Source: Eledone cirrhosa
Lineage: Eukaryota
Direction of reading: 5' to 3'
DNA length: 64,000 nt
Assembly (NCBI GenBank): GCA_964016885.1
Contig: CAXHJY010001001.1
Span: 1 to 64,000 of the forward strand
Under the pieces are notes generated by a model, which saw only the letters and a list, made by a program, of their open reading frames with translations, was not told the origin of the DNA and made no database searches. This document shows positions 16,664 to 29,935 of the stretch, in pieces. Position 1 is the first letter of the stretch. Every line of letters starts with the position of its first letter. A program made the position numbers and the translations under genes.

Positions 16664-17809
16664 TTCAATGAGAACCTTAATTATGTTAACTTTAAATCTA
16701 ACCATCCTACCAATATCAAGAATGCTATAGTTAATAATATTGGAAATAGAATATCTAACATATCTTCTAATAAAAACATCTTTGATGCTAACGCCAATTA
16801 CTATAATAACGCACTTTCTAAAGCCGGCTATCCAGATAAAATCAAATATAATAAAGAAACAAATTCTAGAAAAACTTACAGTAGAATAATTAATCATGAC
16901 CATTCCAATAATTTTAATAAAAGACCTAGATACAAAAACATAATCTGGTATAATGCTCCTTTCTCCATCTCTATTAATAACAATATTCCTAAATTATTTT
17001 TTAGTGCCTTAAATAAATGCTTCCCTCCCTCACATATCTATAGTAAAATATTTAACAAACACACCATCAAATTTTCGTATTCTACATCCTCCAATATTTC
17101 CAACATCATCTCTAAACACAACAACAAAATATTAAATACTAAATCTCTTCCTTCCAATATTGAATTTCATAATAACAGTAATAGTACTCCCGACGTCATT
17201 GTAAACCCTAGGCTAACTTCTGTAAACCCAAATACAACGTCAAACACAACTTCGCTAAATGTTCATAATCCAACTCTAAATCAAGAAACTATTATTCCTA
17301 TTATTCCTATCGCAAACAACTTCTCCAATCCAATTCCTTCTATAGATAACACTAGATCACTCATTAATAATCTCTCTAATTGCAACTGCCGCATTAAAAA
17401 TAAATGTCCTCTCAACAACCATTGCCTCGATAAAAACTTAATTTATGAATGTAAAATTATAACTAGCACCAATTCCTTCACCTATTTTGGCTCCACTTCC
17501 ACCTCTTTTAAAGCTCGTCTCTATAATCATCATTCATCTTTCAAATACAAACTTAAAAGAACTAACACTGCTCTCTCAGAACTCATATGGTCCTTAAAAG
17601 ACAAAAACATTAAATATACCATCTTTTGGAAGAAGATTTCTTCTGCATCCTCATACTTGAACAGCTCTCTATCTAAAATCTGTAATCTCTGCCTAAATGA
17701 AAAATTTACCATTATCTCTAACCTAGATTCTATAATAAATAGACGCTCAGATTTGTTTTCTATCTGCCTGCATAAATTCCATAGAACTTTTCACAAAGTA
17801 TACAGTTAA
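16664..17809 (+). pseudogene. PLE ORF C-terminal part: RT thumb/linker plus GIY-YIG endonuclease (open frame, 5'-truncated)
   Basis: YVNFKSNHP, IIWYNAPFS, IFNKHTIKFSYS, CNCR..NKCPL...CL..NLIY...YFGST...FKARLYNH, C.LCLNEK...N...DL...C.H. Mirror copy on the minus strand at 15731-16663. Confidence 0.9.
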
Positions 17810-18802
17810 TATTCAATTCTTTATCAATTTAGAATCTCTTCTCAAAGGCACATATACATACACCTCTTTAAAATATACCCATCTACCTTACTTTAAAGGG
17901 CATTATACACTCTATAATACTCGTTTACTCATTACCCTCATTCTATCTTCTTGTAAAAGCATTACATTTGTTTTTGACATTTGAATATTCATCCGCAATC
18001 ATTATTATTTTTTCTCTCTATCATAAATCTTTTTAATCTCAATTTCATCCTTAATTTATTATTATTTTTTTCTCCCCATCAACGAACTCATTATTAATAC
18101 ATATTAACTCTTTATTCGCACATATTATCAATTCAATCAATATACAAACTTTAACTTCACATTATTTTTCTCAAATCCTTCTACACACAAACCTTAACAA
18201 TTTTTCTCTTCGCTAATTTTGAAATTGTCACAATACATACATTTCTTTTTTGACGTTAGAATATTCACCCACAATTATTATTTTTTTTTCTCTCTATCTT
18301 CATACATAATTTTCCCTTCGTTAATTTTCAAATTCCTTTAATTTATACATTATCTTCCAACGGTTCCCAACCTCTCTATATTAAAACAATATATCTTTTT
18401 CTCAGTTATAAAAACTATCTCTTTCTCTCTATCACCCATCTCTCCCTCTCCACCTTCACTCTCATCTCCTCCCCCTTTTTTTCATCCTTTCCACCCCCCC
18501 CTCCCTAAATAAAATATTTTTTCCTCGCACATATCCTCCCTTCGTTAATTTTCAAAATTTTTAATTTATACAGTATCTTCCAACGGTTTTCAACCTCTCT
18601 ATGAAAAAAATATATCTCCTCTCAGTTATAAAAACTATCTCTTTCTCTCTATCACCCATCTCCTTCCCTTTTCATCCTCCCCCCCCCTCTCTAAATAAAA
18701 TATTTTTCCCAATATCACACATCAATCTAAAACCACTTTTCATATGTTGATTTAAAACTGCACTATCCACAAGTGTTTTTTAGCCTTCATATCATGTTCT
18801 CC

Positions 18803-18873
18803 TATTTTATCTGATGAAAACACAAATATTATTGCTTGATGATGTTTGTTTGTGAAATGCGCATAATAAAATA
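18803..18873 (+). ncRNA. Hammerhead ribozyme in PLE 3' region
   Basis: tattttat-CTGATGA-aaacacaaatattattgcttgatgatgtttgtttgt-GAAA-tgcgca-TA-ataaaata. 8-bp stem I, palindromic stem III. Confidence 0.8.
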
Positions 18874-18996
18874 TATGGAACTCCTTTAACCATCTTTTGA
18901 TCTTATATTATGCATACTCCAGTCCCACAAATTGTAGAGTGCTTCTTATCCGATATCTGCATTGCTTTATTGTACTACAATAAAACTCACCTCCTA

Positions 18997-19838
18997 CATA
19001 TATATATATATACATGCATACACATACACATACGTAGCCATACACACATACATATACATACATACATACATATATACATACATACATACATCCACACAAT
19101 CATACCTATATACACACGTACATACACATACATACATAAATGCGTACATATGCATATACAAAATTAGAAAAATATACACCTCTACATATTCACACACGCA
19201 AATAAATATAAGAAAAAAAAATATATAAAAAATATATATATATAAAAAATTGACAGCGATACAGCGACGAGTAGATGAACAGACACGCGTGGTAAGCAGT
19301 ACACACAAATGTACGTACACATACGTACGAAAAGCTATTTACATACACACACTCTCACACATAAATATACATATACAAATACATAAACACATACATACAC
19401 ATACACAAATACATACACAAACACACACATATACATATATACACACACATATACACATACACATATATATATATGTATATATATATTTATAAATACACAC
19501 ACACATACACACACACATATATATATACACATACATATATGGCTATACAATTATACACATACAAATACGTACATATCACAAACACGTACAACCAAATACA
19601 AACACACACACACACATACATATATATATACATATATACACATATATATATGTGTGTGTGTAAAACCCAATCTTAGATAATTCATATGAACCTTATATAT
19701 ACATATATATATAGTAGTAATGTAATAAACAACATAAGGTAATTATTCCATTCACCAGTGGTTTCTTAAAAGCAAAAAAATTTTGCCTTCAATCCTCAGA
19801 ATGAAAAAAACCTGGTCTATCTACATATACATATATAT

Positions 19839-19899
<61 letters not shown>

Positions 19900-20806
19900 C
19901 ATACATTTTGGTATGTAAAGGGTAAGGCAAAAAGAATATATGGGGGGGGGGGAAGAAGACATAGGAAAAGGTGAAATATAAGGGGAGATAAGGGAGAAAA
20001 AAAAATTAAAATTTCAAGAGTACAGAATTTTTTGGCTTTTAAGAAACCACTGGTGAATGGAATAATTACCTTATGTTGTTTATTACATTACTACTATATA
20101 TATATGTATATATAAGGTTCATATGAATTATCTAAGATTGAGTTTTACACACACACATATATATATGTGTATATATGTATATATATATATGTATGTGTGT
20201 GTGTGTGTTTGTATTTGGTTGTTCGTGTTTGTGATATGTACGTATTTGTATGTGTATAATTGTATAGCTATATATGTATGTGTATATATATATATGTGTG
20301 TGTATGTGTATATGTATTTATATATATATACATATATATATATATATGTGTGTGTGTATGTGTATATGTGTGTGTATATATGTATATGTGTGTGTTTGTG
20401 TATGTATTTGTGTATGTGTATGTATGTGTTTATGTATTTGTATATGTATATTTATGTGTGAGAGTGTGTGTATGTAAATAGCTTTTCGTACGTATGTGTA
20501 CGTACATTTGTGTGTACTGCTTACCACGCGTGTCTGTTCATCTACTCGTCGCTGTATCGCTGTCAATTTTTTATATATATTTTTTTTCTTATATTTATTT
20601 GCGTGTGTGAATATGTAGAGGTGTGTATAATTTTCTAATTTTGTACATGCATATGTACGCATTTATGTATGTATGTGTATGTACGTGTGTATATAGGTAT
20701 GATTGTGTGCATGTATGTAAGTATGTATGTATGTATGTATGTATGTATGTATGTATGTATGTATGTATATGTATGTGTGTATGGCTACGTATGTGTATGT
20801 GTATGC

Positions 20807-20830
<24 letters not shown>
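18997..20830. repeat. About 780-bp inverted repeat including HHR-family sequence and microsatellite
   Basis: 18997-19773 is the reverse complement of about 20035-20830. Degenerate HHR (GUG site) on the minus strand at 19746-19806. Confidence 0.85.
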
Positions 20831-20868
<38 letters not shown>

Positions 20869-20869
20869 G

Positions 20870-21140
20870 CTTAAACCTCTTCAAATGGAAGTCGGTGTTA
20901 TAACGTTATGTCGAATCTATTTATCTATAAAACTGTTTATATTGTATTTTGTATGAGGAAGGCATAGCATATTGTTAATATGATATCCCCGAAATATATA
21001 TAATGAAATAAATATGGTTTTATAAATATAGTTTCCATTTATTTAATATTGTAAATATACTCCAAATATTTGTCGAGTGCTTTTATATCAGTTATAAATA
21101 TTTACTAATTGTAACCCAACAATTTTAAATATAACTTTCC

Positions 21141-21142
<2 letters not shown>
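20870..21142 (+). mobile_element. Short pLTR-like element with degenerate HHR
   Basis: Homologous to 32410-32590. Core is ATGAGGA instead of CTGAAGA; GAAAtatataTA retained; (TA)n flanks. Confidence 0.7.
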
Positions 21143-21234
<92 letters not shown>

Positions 21235-21235
21235 G

Positions 21236-21779
21236 TAGATAAATCTACCAAGAGTTTACGGTAGTGTCCAATCCGTATGAAGAACTCAATGTAATCCGGA
21301 TATCATGGAAAGAAGAGATGCAATGAAAAATCACTTTCGGTGAAAGATAAACGGAATACAGAGTCAAGATAAAATATTAAAAAAATAATGAATAAAACAA
21401 TGAAACAGTTCCTTATATTAAACAAAAAAAGTTCATTATTTAACGATCGTTTCTAGGATATATATGTGTTAGAATTGGCATGCATATTCAACAGATCTAT
21501 GTACAAAATTATACAAAATTATACAAACTATCAAAATTAAATATACATACCAAACACATATATATTTATTTCAGAAGACGGCATATATATGTGTTTGGTA
21601 TGTATATTTAATTTTGATAGTTTGTATAATTTTGTATAATTTTGTACATAGATCTGTTGAATATGCATGCCAATTCTAACACATATATATCCTAGAAACG
21701 ATCGTTAAATAATGAACTTTTTTTGTTTAATATAAGGAACTGTTTCATTGTTTTATTCATTATTTTTTAAATATTTTAT
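21236..21779. mobile_element. Fold-back pLTR-like element; HHR with long stem II and CAGAAGA core at 21566-21712 (+)
   Basis: Arms 21369-21565 / 21583-21779 with a 17-nt spacer. GAAA-cgatcg-TT-aaataa. Homologous to 37026-37347. Confidence 0.75.
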
Positions 21780-21980
21780 ATATATATATATTTATTTTTC
21801 TATATATATATGTGTGTGTATATATGTGTGTGTGGTTGTATATGTGTATGTATGGATGTGCTGATATTTATGTGCGTATGTATGTATGTGTATATGTGTA
21901 TTTATATACACATATATATATGTATATGTGTGTGTGTATGTATGAGTGTATGTATATATATATATATATATATACCTTTC

Positions 21981-22040
<60 letters not shown>

Positions 22041-22179
22041 ATGTATGCTTTTGTGTGTGTGTGTTTGCATGTGTGGTTTTATTTTATTTTTCCTTTCCTT
22101 CTTCTTTCTCCAGCCTCACTTTCATATAGATTGCATTTTTGTTTTTAAAATCCAAATTCAATAAACAGACCAGGATTTT

Positions 22180-22238
22180 TTTTATTCTGAGGATTGAAAG
22201 CAAAATTTTTTGTTTTAAGAAACCACTGGTAAATGGAA
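22180..22238 (+). ncRNA. Minimal type-I hammerhead ribozyme
   Basis: ttttatt-CTGAGGA-ttgaaagcaaaattttttgttttaa-GAAA-ccactgg-TA-aatggaa. Lies in 21785-22270, an inverted homolog of 14178-14610. Confidence 0.75.
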
Positions 22239-22263
22239 TAATTGCCTTATGTTGTTTATTACA

Positions 22264-22347
<84 letters not shown>

Positions 22348-22355
22348 TATAAATA

Positions 22356-25135
22356 TAAAATTTATGAAGTACTTATTGTTAGGAATATCGAAAAATTTAT
22401 TGTCAAGTAGGTACATTGTCTAAAGTATAATGATTAACGCAGAGTTTTCAGCCATATATATATGTCTGCATTTATCGTAATAGATTAATATTTATTATAT
22501 TATATTAAATCACTATAACAAAATATTGGTTAAATCGGAAAAACAAATAATTTATATGGGATAAACAAAGAAGAATATAACAACTTGATTTTAAAGGAAC
22601 TTAGGAAAATTTATATAAAAGCCCCGGCTGAAGATCTTACAGAAATTAACGTAGATGCCTATAAATTAATTACCAATTTAAGAATAGAAGGAAGAACCGA
22701 GCCATTTATACCTAGGCAGCCGCGGATTAACTTAAAGGATCACAAAAGAAACTTCGAGGAAGATATGCCAGTTAGATTGATTGCTCCATCCAAATCGGAT
22801 ATTGGAGTAATCAGTAAAAACATCATCGATAGAATCTTACCCACTCTTAAATTGAGATCTAAGTTGAGCTTGTGGAAAGATACAAATGAAGTCATAGACT
22901 GGTACAAGAATATAGACGATAAGAAAAATCATAAATTCATCCAGATGGACATAACAAACTACTATTCTCCCATAACACCTAACCTACCAAATAAGGCTCT
23001 ATCATACGCTTATAAGCATACTGATTTAACCACGGATGAAATTGATATAATACTAACAACCAGAAGAACTCTTATTAACTTCAACAATGAATATTGGACC
23101 CGTTCAGATAGAAATAGAAACTTTGATATTACTATGGGGGCATCTGATTCTGCGCAAATCACAGATCTTCTGGGGATTTTCATATTAAATAGGATAAATA
23201 GAAAACTGCCGGAGATTACCGGTGGTTTATATAGGGACGACATTTTATTTACGGTGGTCAAACAGCAATATTGAACTAAATAGAGTAAAGAAAAGTATAA
23301 TAGTATTCTTTAAAATGTATGACCTTAAGTTAGAATTAGAAAATGGTATCAAAATAGTTAATTTCCTAGACGTTACGCTTAACTTAAACACTGGCTTCTA
23401 TTACCCTTTTCATAAGCCCAATGAAAACTTAAACTATGTTAGTAACCATTCCAATCACCCAAAATCTGTAAAAAAAAAAGCTATAGTAAATACTGTACAA
23501 AAACGCATTAATAGAATATCAGCTAATAAAGCTATATTTGATGATAATGCAGCATACATACTACAATAATGCGTTAAAAAGAGCAGGATATGAGAAAAAT
23601 ATAGAATATGTAGATAATAATAATCCAAGCTTTAATCCTGATAAAAATAATGACATATATAAACGAAATTCTAATAATTATAATTTAAACACCCATACGC
23701 CAAACAAACTGAGGAAAAGAACTAGAACTAAATCAGTCATATGGTTTGCCCCCGCCCCCTGCTTCGGTAGCAGTTAGAAAACCAATTGCAAAATTATTCT
23801 TTAATGCTTTGGACACCTCTTTCCCTACTCAACATAAATACCATTCCATTTTTAATAGACACACCATTAAATTGTCTTATTCTACAACTATGAATATGGC
23901 CCAAAACATTGCTAAATTAAACACTAAAATTCTAAAGCAGAATCAGCATAATGATCTTAATAATAGCGTTAACATAAATGATAATAAACCAAAATGTAAT
24001 TGTAGAAATAAAATTGATTGCCCTCTGCAAAATAATTGTTTAGATAGTAATTTGGTGTATAAATGCACCGTAAAAACTGATTACAACACATACAACTACA
24101 TAGGATCGACTTCTTCTACATTTAAAGCCAGATTTGCGAACCATAAATGATCATTTTCGAACTCCAAGAGGAAATCATCCACTTCTTTATCACAGCTTAT
24201 ATGGTCATTAAAAGAGAAGAATTTAAAATACTCCATTTTTTTTTACGAAACTTCGGAATAGTGGAATTTACCGCAACTCAAGTATATCAAGTAACTGCGC
24301 GCTTTGTACAATGGAGACCCTGTTGATTATTAATAATTATGAGACTTTAATTAACAAAAAAAGTGAATTATTCTCTAATTGCCTTCATAAAGCCTTGTCT
24401 ACATTTCAAGCCTCCCATAAGACCAGGAAAAAACACTAAGCAACTAAACTTGGTTTTTAGACGTACATAATCAACAGTTAAAAACCTTAATGGCCTTTAA
24501 TATTGCTCTACCTTATAACTATCTATAAAAGAAATAACGTTTGAATGAATGATACTTGTTTAATAACATGCCGACACGTTGATATACATAACATAATATT
24601 ATTAACTTTGATCCATACCATTATATCTCTATTTTTATTTTTCTATCTATGTTTTAAATATAGTTCAAATATCCAACCTGTAAATTTTTACGGACCTTAT
24701 TTTGAACTGTGAATCATTCATGCGTTTACACTCTTGTGTAATTTAACCTGTATTTAACCTGTATTTAACCTTTGCATGTTTGAATCTATTATATAAGATT
24801 ATAAACATTATCATTTACCAAAAGTATACTGTCTCATTAATACTTAGTATATCTCTCTATACCCAATTTTTTTGCAAATATGTGTATATTGTATAATAGC
24901 AAAATCATATTATTACTTTCGTATATCTCTGCATTTGGTTTTTTACATCTATATGTATAATGTATAATAACTTAATTATAATTACCGTTTCGGTTTAACG
25001 CTATATATAGTTTGTGAAAATATAGATATATTGTACAATAACATATCCATTATTTAGGTTTCATTCCTCCCATGAAGGTAGAACTAATATAGAGATTTAA
25101 TATAATATAATAAATATTAATTTATGACGATAAAT

Positions 25136-25222
<87 letters not shown>

Positions 25223-25318
25223 TGAAAACTCTGCGTTTATCATTATACTTTAGACAATGTATCTACTTGACAATAAATTTTTCGATATTTCTAACAATAA
25301 GTACTTCATGGATTTTAC
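22356..25318 (+). mobile_element. PLE copy 2 bounded by inverted repeat
   Basis: 22356-22511 is the reverse complement of 25094-25318; the right copy has an expanded CA/TA tract. Confidence 0.75.
22512..24439 (+). pseudogene. Penelope-like element RT plus GIY-YIG ORF, frameshifted
   Basis: LKDHK.NF, RLIAPSKSDIG, FIQMDITNYY, FDITMGASDSAQ, GLYRDD, VNFLDVTLNL, SNHP, CNCR...CPL...CL..LVY...YIGST...FKARFANH. Several frameshifts and a stop. Confidence 0.92.
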
Positions 25319-25876
25319 ATACCGAAAATGTTGACACTCTTATAGGTAATTTTTGTTAAAGATTACTTTTAAGAGAATATTCAACAGTGTATATTTCTCT
25401 TTCGCGGGCCTAGTAAATCCTTTAATTTTGTTTTCATAATATTCAGAATTTTAGAAATGTAACACATTTAAAAAATTTATAAAATCTACAAAATTAATAA
25501 ATATAAATAACCATCAACTTTTAAAAACTTAAAATTTTGATTCTTCACCCTAAAATAACATAAATTAAATATTTTGAAACTTAACCGCTTAGTCCTTAAG
25601 GGGAAAACATTTTTTCTGCATAAATTACTCCCCTTTATCTCTCCCTCTCTTTAATCATCTATCAGTTGCCTTCATAAACTGTAATAAAATTATAATTCCA
25701 GAGACGTCTTCCTCGATAATCATAATTTGTAGTATCCCACATTTTAAAATCTCTATAACTGTTACATTAAAGCAACGTTTTTCTTACTCATACATTCTCT
25801 ATTGAATTTATTACGTTTTCGCATTTTCTCATTATTATGGTATAAATGTTGAGTTTTCTCATAGGTTAATCACTAC

Positions 25877-26100
25877 CTTGATTAAATCTTAACCATTTAA
25901 CATCTCAGGGTATGTCATGTATCATTATATTTTGTCTTAAATATGTATAATAAAATTTAATTGATCAAAAGAACATCTATTTTATTAATATTTATATTTT
26001 AATATTAATAACTCTGGAAAATATTTTCTGTAGAGTGCTTCCAATCTACTGTAAAACTTATTCTTTGATATACTCATTGAATCTTGTTTAACTCTTTAAT
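25877..26100 (+). mobile_element. pLTR-like fragment with HHR core deleted
   Basis: Homologous to the 27608-27975 family. Reads ttttgtCT-taaatatgtata, lacking GAGGA and stem II. Confidence 0.65.
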
Positions 26101-26229
26101 ATATATATATATGGAAAACATTATTGTTTCTTGTAAATAAATTCTTTCAAAATATCAATTCAAAACTTTTGTGAATAGGCATCATATCTTGTCATTTACC
26201 TATGGTTTAAATTTCATATAAATCGAAGG

Positions 26230-26408
26230 GAAAAAATTTCACCCTAACCCTAACATTAACCCTTTCATTAAAATGAAATATACGTAAGAAATCAAATGGG
26301 CATGAGCCCCATACACGTGTCAAGTTTCATCAAGATCGGTTTGGTAGTTTTTGTGTTTTAGGTTCACAAACACACAAACAGACAGAAATTGCCATTATTG
26401 TATATAGA
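26230..26408 (-). mobile_element. Helitron-like non-autonomous element, 5' end
   Basis: Minus strand begins TCtatatacaataatggcaatttctgtctg and contains cgatcttgatgaaacttgacac. Confidence 0.55.
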
Positions 26409-26412
26409 TATA

Positions 26413-26665
26413 TCTATATATATAAAACTGATGTTGTCTGTGTGTCCTCATTTTTGCAAAGTCTATACAAATCCACATTTCTACTCCGATTGATTTCAAT
26501 CATTTACATATTCCTTGCGGTCTAAAACTGCCACTTTTTTTTTCAATTTTCTGTTGTTAAAGGGTGTTAGGCGCTGGTTATCAATCTCCGTCGCACTCTT
26601 ATAATATCTGTCTGTATGCCTGGCTGTCTGCATAACGTCATTGCTGACGTATTATCTTCGCTACA
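26413..26665 (+). mobile_element. Helitron-like non-autonomous element, 5' end
   Basis: TCtatatatataaaactgatgttgtctgtgtgt start. Shares gacgtattatc(t/c)tcgct with about 29588 and 28180 (reverse complement). Confidence 0.55.
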
Positions 26666-26786
26666 TTCACACACAGACCCGCGCGCGCGCACACACACAC
26701 ACACGAACATATATATACACATATATACTTATATATACATATATATACTCATATATATATATACACACACATATACACACACACAA

Positions 26787-26823
<37 letters not shown>

Positions 26824-26896
26824 CATACATACATACATACATACACACACATATATATATATGCATACATACACAGACACATATATATGCATACAT

Positions 26897-26995
<99 letters not shown>

Positions 26996-27198
26996 TCTGT
27001 GTATATATATATATTATTATTAAAAAAACTTCTTGCCAATAAACATTAACCCTTTGTGCGCCATTCATCTAACTGTAGACCAACAAATACCAAGTAAACG
27101 GAGCGTTGACAAGAACGATGGCAAATGAATCTTCGAGGTAAGCAGTTTCCTCCCGAGCTGTTAGTTCACATGGGATTCTCTGCTACACCTTTTCGTAA

Positions 27199-27389
27199 TA
27201 ATTGTTTCTATTTTTGGCACAAGGCCAGCACATACTCAGTACATCACTGGTACTTTATTTTATCGACCCCGTAAGGATGAAAGGCAAAGTTAACCTCGGC
27301 GGGATTTGAACTCAGATCATAAAGGGACGTAACTCTATGGTTCAAAGCATGGTGTCCGACTCTCTACCGATACTGCCAATCCACCTTTT
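27199..27389 (-). mobile_element. tRNA-derived SINE (family B)
   Basis: Reverse-complement relative of 10276-10468. Confidence 0.75.
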
Positions 27390-27448
27390 CGTAATAATAC
27401 CGAACAAGGTACTGCTGGTCACTCGTCCTCCAAAAGCCGTACAAAGCA

Positions 27449-27523
<75 letters not shown>

Positions 27524-27525
27524 AT

Positions 27526-27600
<75 letters not shown>

Positions 27601-27607
27601 TATATAT

Positions 27608-27975
27608 ATTAATTCCAAATATTAACAAAATAGATATTCTTGTGATCAATTATATTTTATTATACATATTTCAGAGGTACTGAATTAAGTTCAACCGTAC
27701 GTCCTCCTCAGATAAAATAAAATGATACATGACATACCCTGACATGGTAGATGGTTAAGATTAAATCTTAACCATCACAAGGACGTGCGGTTGAACTTAA
27801 TTCAGTACCTCTGAAATATGTATAATAAAATATAATTGATCACAAGAATATCTATTTTGTTAATATTTGGAATTAATATTAATAACTCTGGAAAATATTT
27901 TTTGTAGAGTGCTTCCAATCTATTGTAAAACTCCTTCTTTGATGTACTCATTGAATCTTGTTTAACTCTTAAATA
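27608..27975. mobile_element. Fold-back pLTR-like element
   Basis: Arms about 27608-27705 / 27780-27877, with an inner hairpin gatggttaagat/atcttaaccatc. (TA)n flanks. Confidence 0.75.
27654..27718 (-). ncRNA. Type-I hammerhead ribozyme
   Basis: Minus: attttat-CTGAGGA-ggacgtacggttgaacttaattcagtacctct-GAAA-tatgta-TA-ataaaat. Confidence 0.8.
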
Positions 27976-28251
27976 TATTTATATATATATGTGTGTTATA
28001 AGAACAGATTAAAGTTTAAGTAAAGAATCGCTGCTTTCAACATTAACGGGATCTTCTGAAACTAAAAATTGTAATCTGTGGACGCAGAAGTAGATATTTC
28101 GAAAAACGTTGCAACCGAAGGAAAACAGGAAGACAATATTTTGGTTCGTGAAGACGTTCTGTGGTAATGAACGGAAAACAAGCGAGGATAATACGTCGTT
28201 ATGTAGACCGAGAAGAACAATTTCATGCGAAGACAAGACAAAGTTTAATAT

Positions 28252-28435
28252 TCTATTTAAAATAACAGAATGATTTCCAGACCCGGGGTTTAAGAATGAT
28301 GTAAATAAAATTGAAAACGAAAATGACAGAGGTTATTAAAATAGTAAAAGTAAATAGTGAAGATTTAGGCCAGTACATACGTATGCCCCGACGGACATAC
28401 ACATACATACGCACACACAAATACATACACACCCA

Positions 28436-28476
<41 letters not shown>

Positions 28477-28924
28477 GCACGCACGCGTATGTATAAACCT
28501 TGTGCATTTCTACAGTATTTTCACCAAACTTAAGACATAGGTTACTTATGTACTCCGGATGGTCATGGGCACTTTCATTTTTCCAGATATTGATTATAGG
28601 GCCTCCCGGCAGATAACCCCTTTAACCACTTCCTTGGAGTCGACTGAAGAACTGCAGTGCAATGCAACAAAACATCATAATTTCTGGAGTTCGCAACCAA
28701 TTTTCACAAAACTTGACACATGGGCTACGTTTGTCCTACAGATGAATGTGAACTCTCAGAATTGGCACATATTGAGTATGGGACCCCTGGGGGCAGTAAC
28801 CCCCTTTTGGAAAAAGCCGATACTTTTGTAAAAGTATAGTTTTCGAAGCAGCACCGAAGTATTGACATAAATGGTATACACAACTGCTATTTAATACCCG
28901 AGCAACGCCGGGTACCTCTGCTAG
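28252..28924 (+). mobile_element. Helitron-like non-autonomous element
   Basis: 5' TCtatttaaaataacagaatg; 3' hairpin tacccgagcaacgccgggta then CTAG|t. Confidence 0.7.
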
Positions 28925-28931
28925 TATATAT

Positions 28932-28965
<34 letters not shown>

Positions 28966-28991
28966 CAAAATTATATATATAAATATATATG

Positions 28992-29071
<80 letters not shown>

Positions 29072-29748
29072 CTAGCAGTAAAGCCCTGCGTTGCTCGGGG
29101 CTGCTCAGTAGCTGTGTTAAAGCTACAATGTTAAGTTCCTTTCTTGGCTTAAGAACTGTAGAGTCTACAGTGTAGACTTTCATGTGGTACTTTTGATTAA
29201 TATTCCCCCAACCAACAGTATGCCTTATGAAGTTAAGAAAACATAACCATAACTCGAATGTTAAAACAAAAGAGGATAAAAACTGCACTGGTAATCTATT
29301 AACAAAAATCGAAAATGTAAATACTGCAACACTTGTCTCAGAGAAAAATATCAGCGTAACCAAAATATCAGTTATTTTGAAACAAAGAAATTGGATGGAC
29401 ATGAAAAACAAAACAAAAAATGCAATTTTATCGCCTATCACCTCTCTGCACGACTGTCTGTCTGCACAACTTTATCGTCTATATCACCTCTCTGCACGAC
29501 TTTCTGTCTGCATGCCTCCATCGTCTATCAGTCCGACTGTCTGTCTGCACGACTTTATCGCCTATATCACCCCTCGGTCCACATAACGACGTATTATCCT
29601 CGCTTTTTTTTTGTAAAGTTTGTTACGCGTTGACCATCCTTGGTAAATTTGGAGCACATTGGAAAAAAATCATCAAAATCGGTGGAGAAATGTGGAATGC
29701 ATAAAAATTATACACACACACAGACAGACATCTTCCGTTTTATATATG

Positions 29749-29750
<2 letters not shown>
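29072..29750 (-). mobile_element. Helitron-like non-autonomous element
   Basis: Plus a-CTAG-cagtaaagccctgcgttgctcgggg (3' end reversed). The other end reads tatataaaacggaagatgtctgtctg on the minus strand. Confidence 0.7.
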
Positions 29751-29779
<29 letters not shown>

Positions 29780-29789
29780 AGGGCAGATA

Positions 29790-29935
29790 AAATTCCTGAG
29801 ATCCATGGACGAGTTCTCTCCAGCGGTCTCTGTCCCTCATTATCGCTGCCATGTCCTGTGTCTCCAACCGACAAGTGTCTGTCCTTAGGGCATCAATATA
29901 CGTTAACCTTGGTCTTCCTCTTCCAGTGTGTCCAT
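29790..29935 (-). mobile_element. RTE-like LINE 3' fragment
   Basis: GHTGRGRPRLTYIDALRTDT...AAIMRDRDRWRELV. Confidence 0.7.

Larger units (their letters stand above)
14627..18996 (+). mobile_element. 5'-truncated Penelope-like element with 2-kb inverted duplication
   Basis: Arms 14627-16663 and 16877-18911 are near-perfect reverse complements around a 213-bp spacer. Contains a GIY-YIG ORF and a 3' HHR; (TA)n on both sides. Confidence 0.9.

Noticed and set aside
15731-16903. Two 390-aa ORFs as independent genes
   Set aside because: They are products of the palindrome. The N-termini are antisense or junction sequence, not real starts.
24148-24150. In-frame TGA in the PLE nuclease as selenocysteine
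   Set aside because: It is not at a Cys position (the paralog has NHHSSF) and the copy has several frameshifts, so this is ordinary decay.
26241-26262. CCCTAA telomere-like repeats
   Set aside because: Only about 2-3 imperfect units inside a dispersed repeat.
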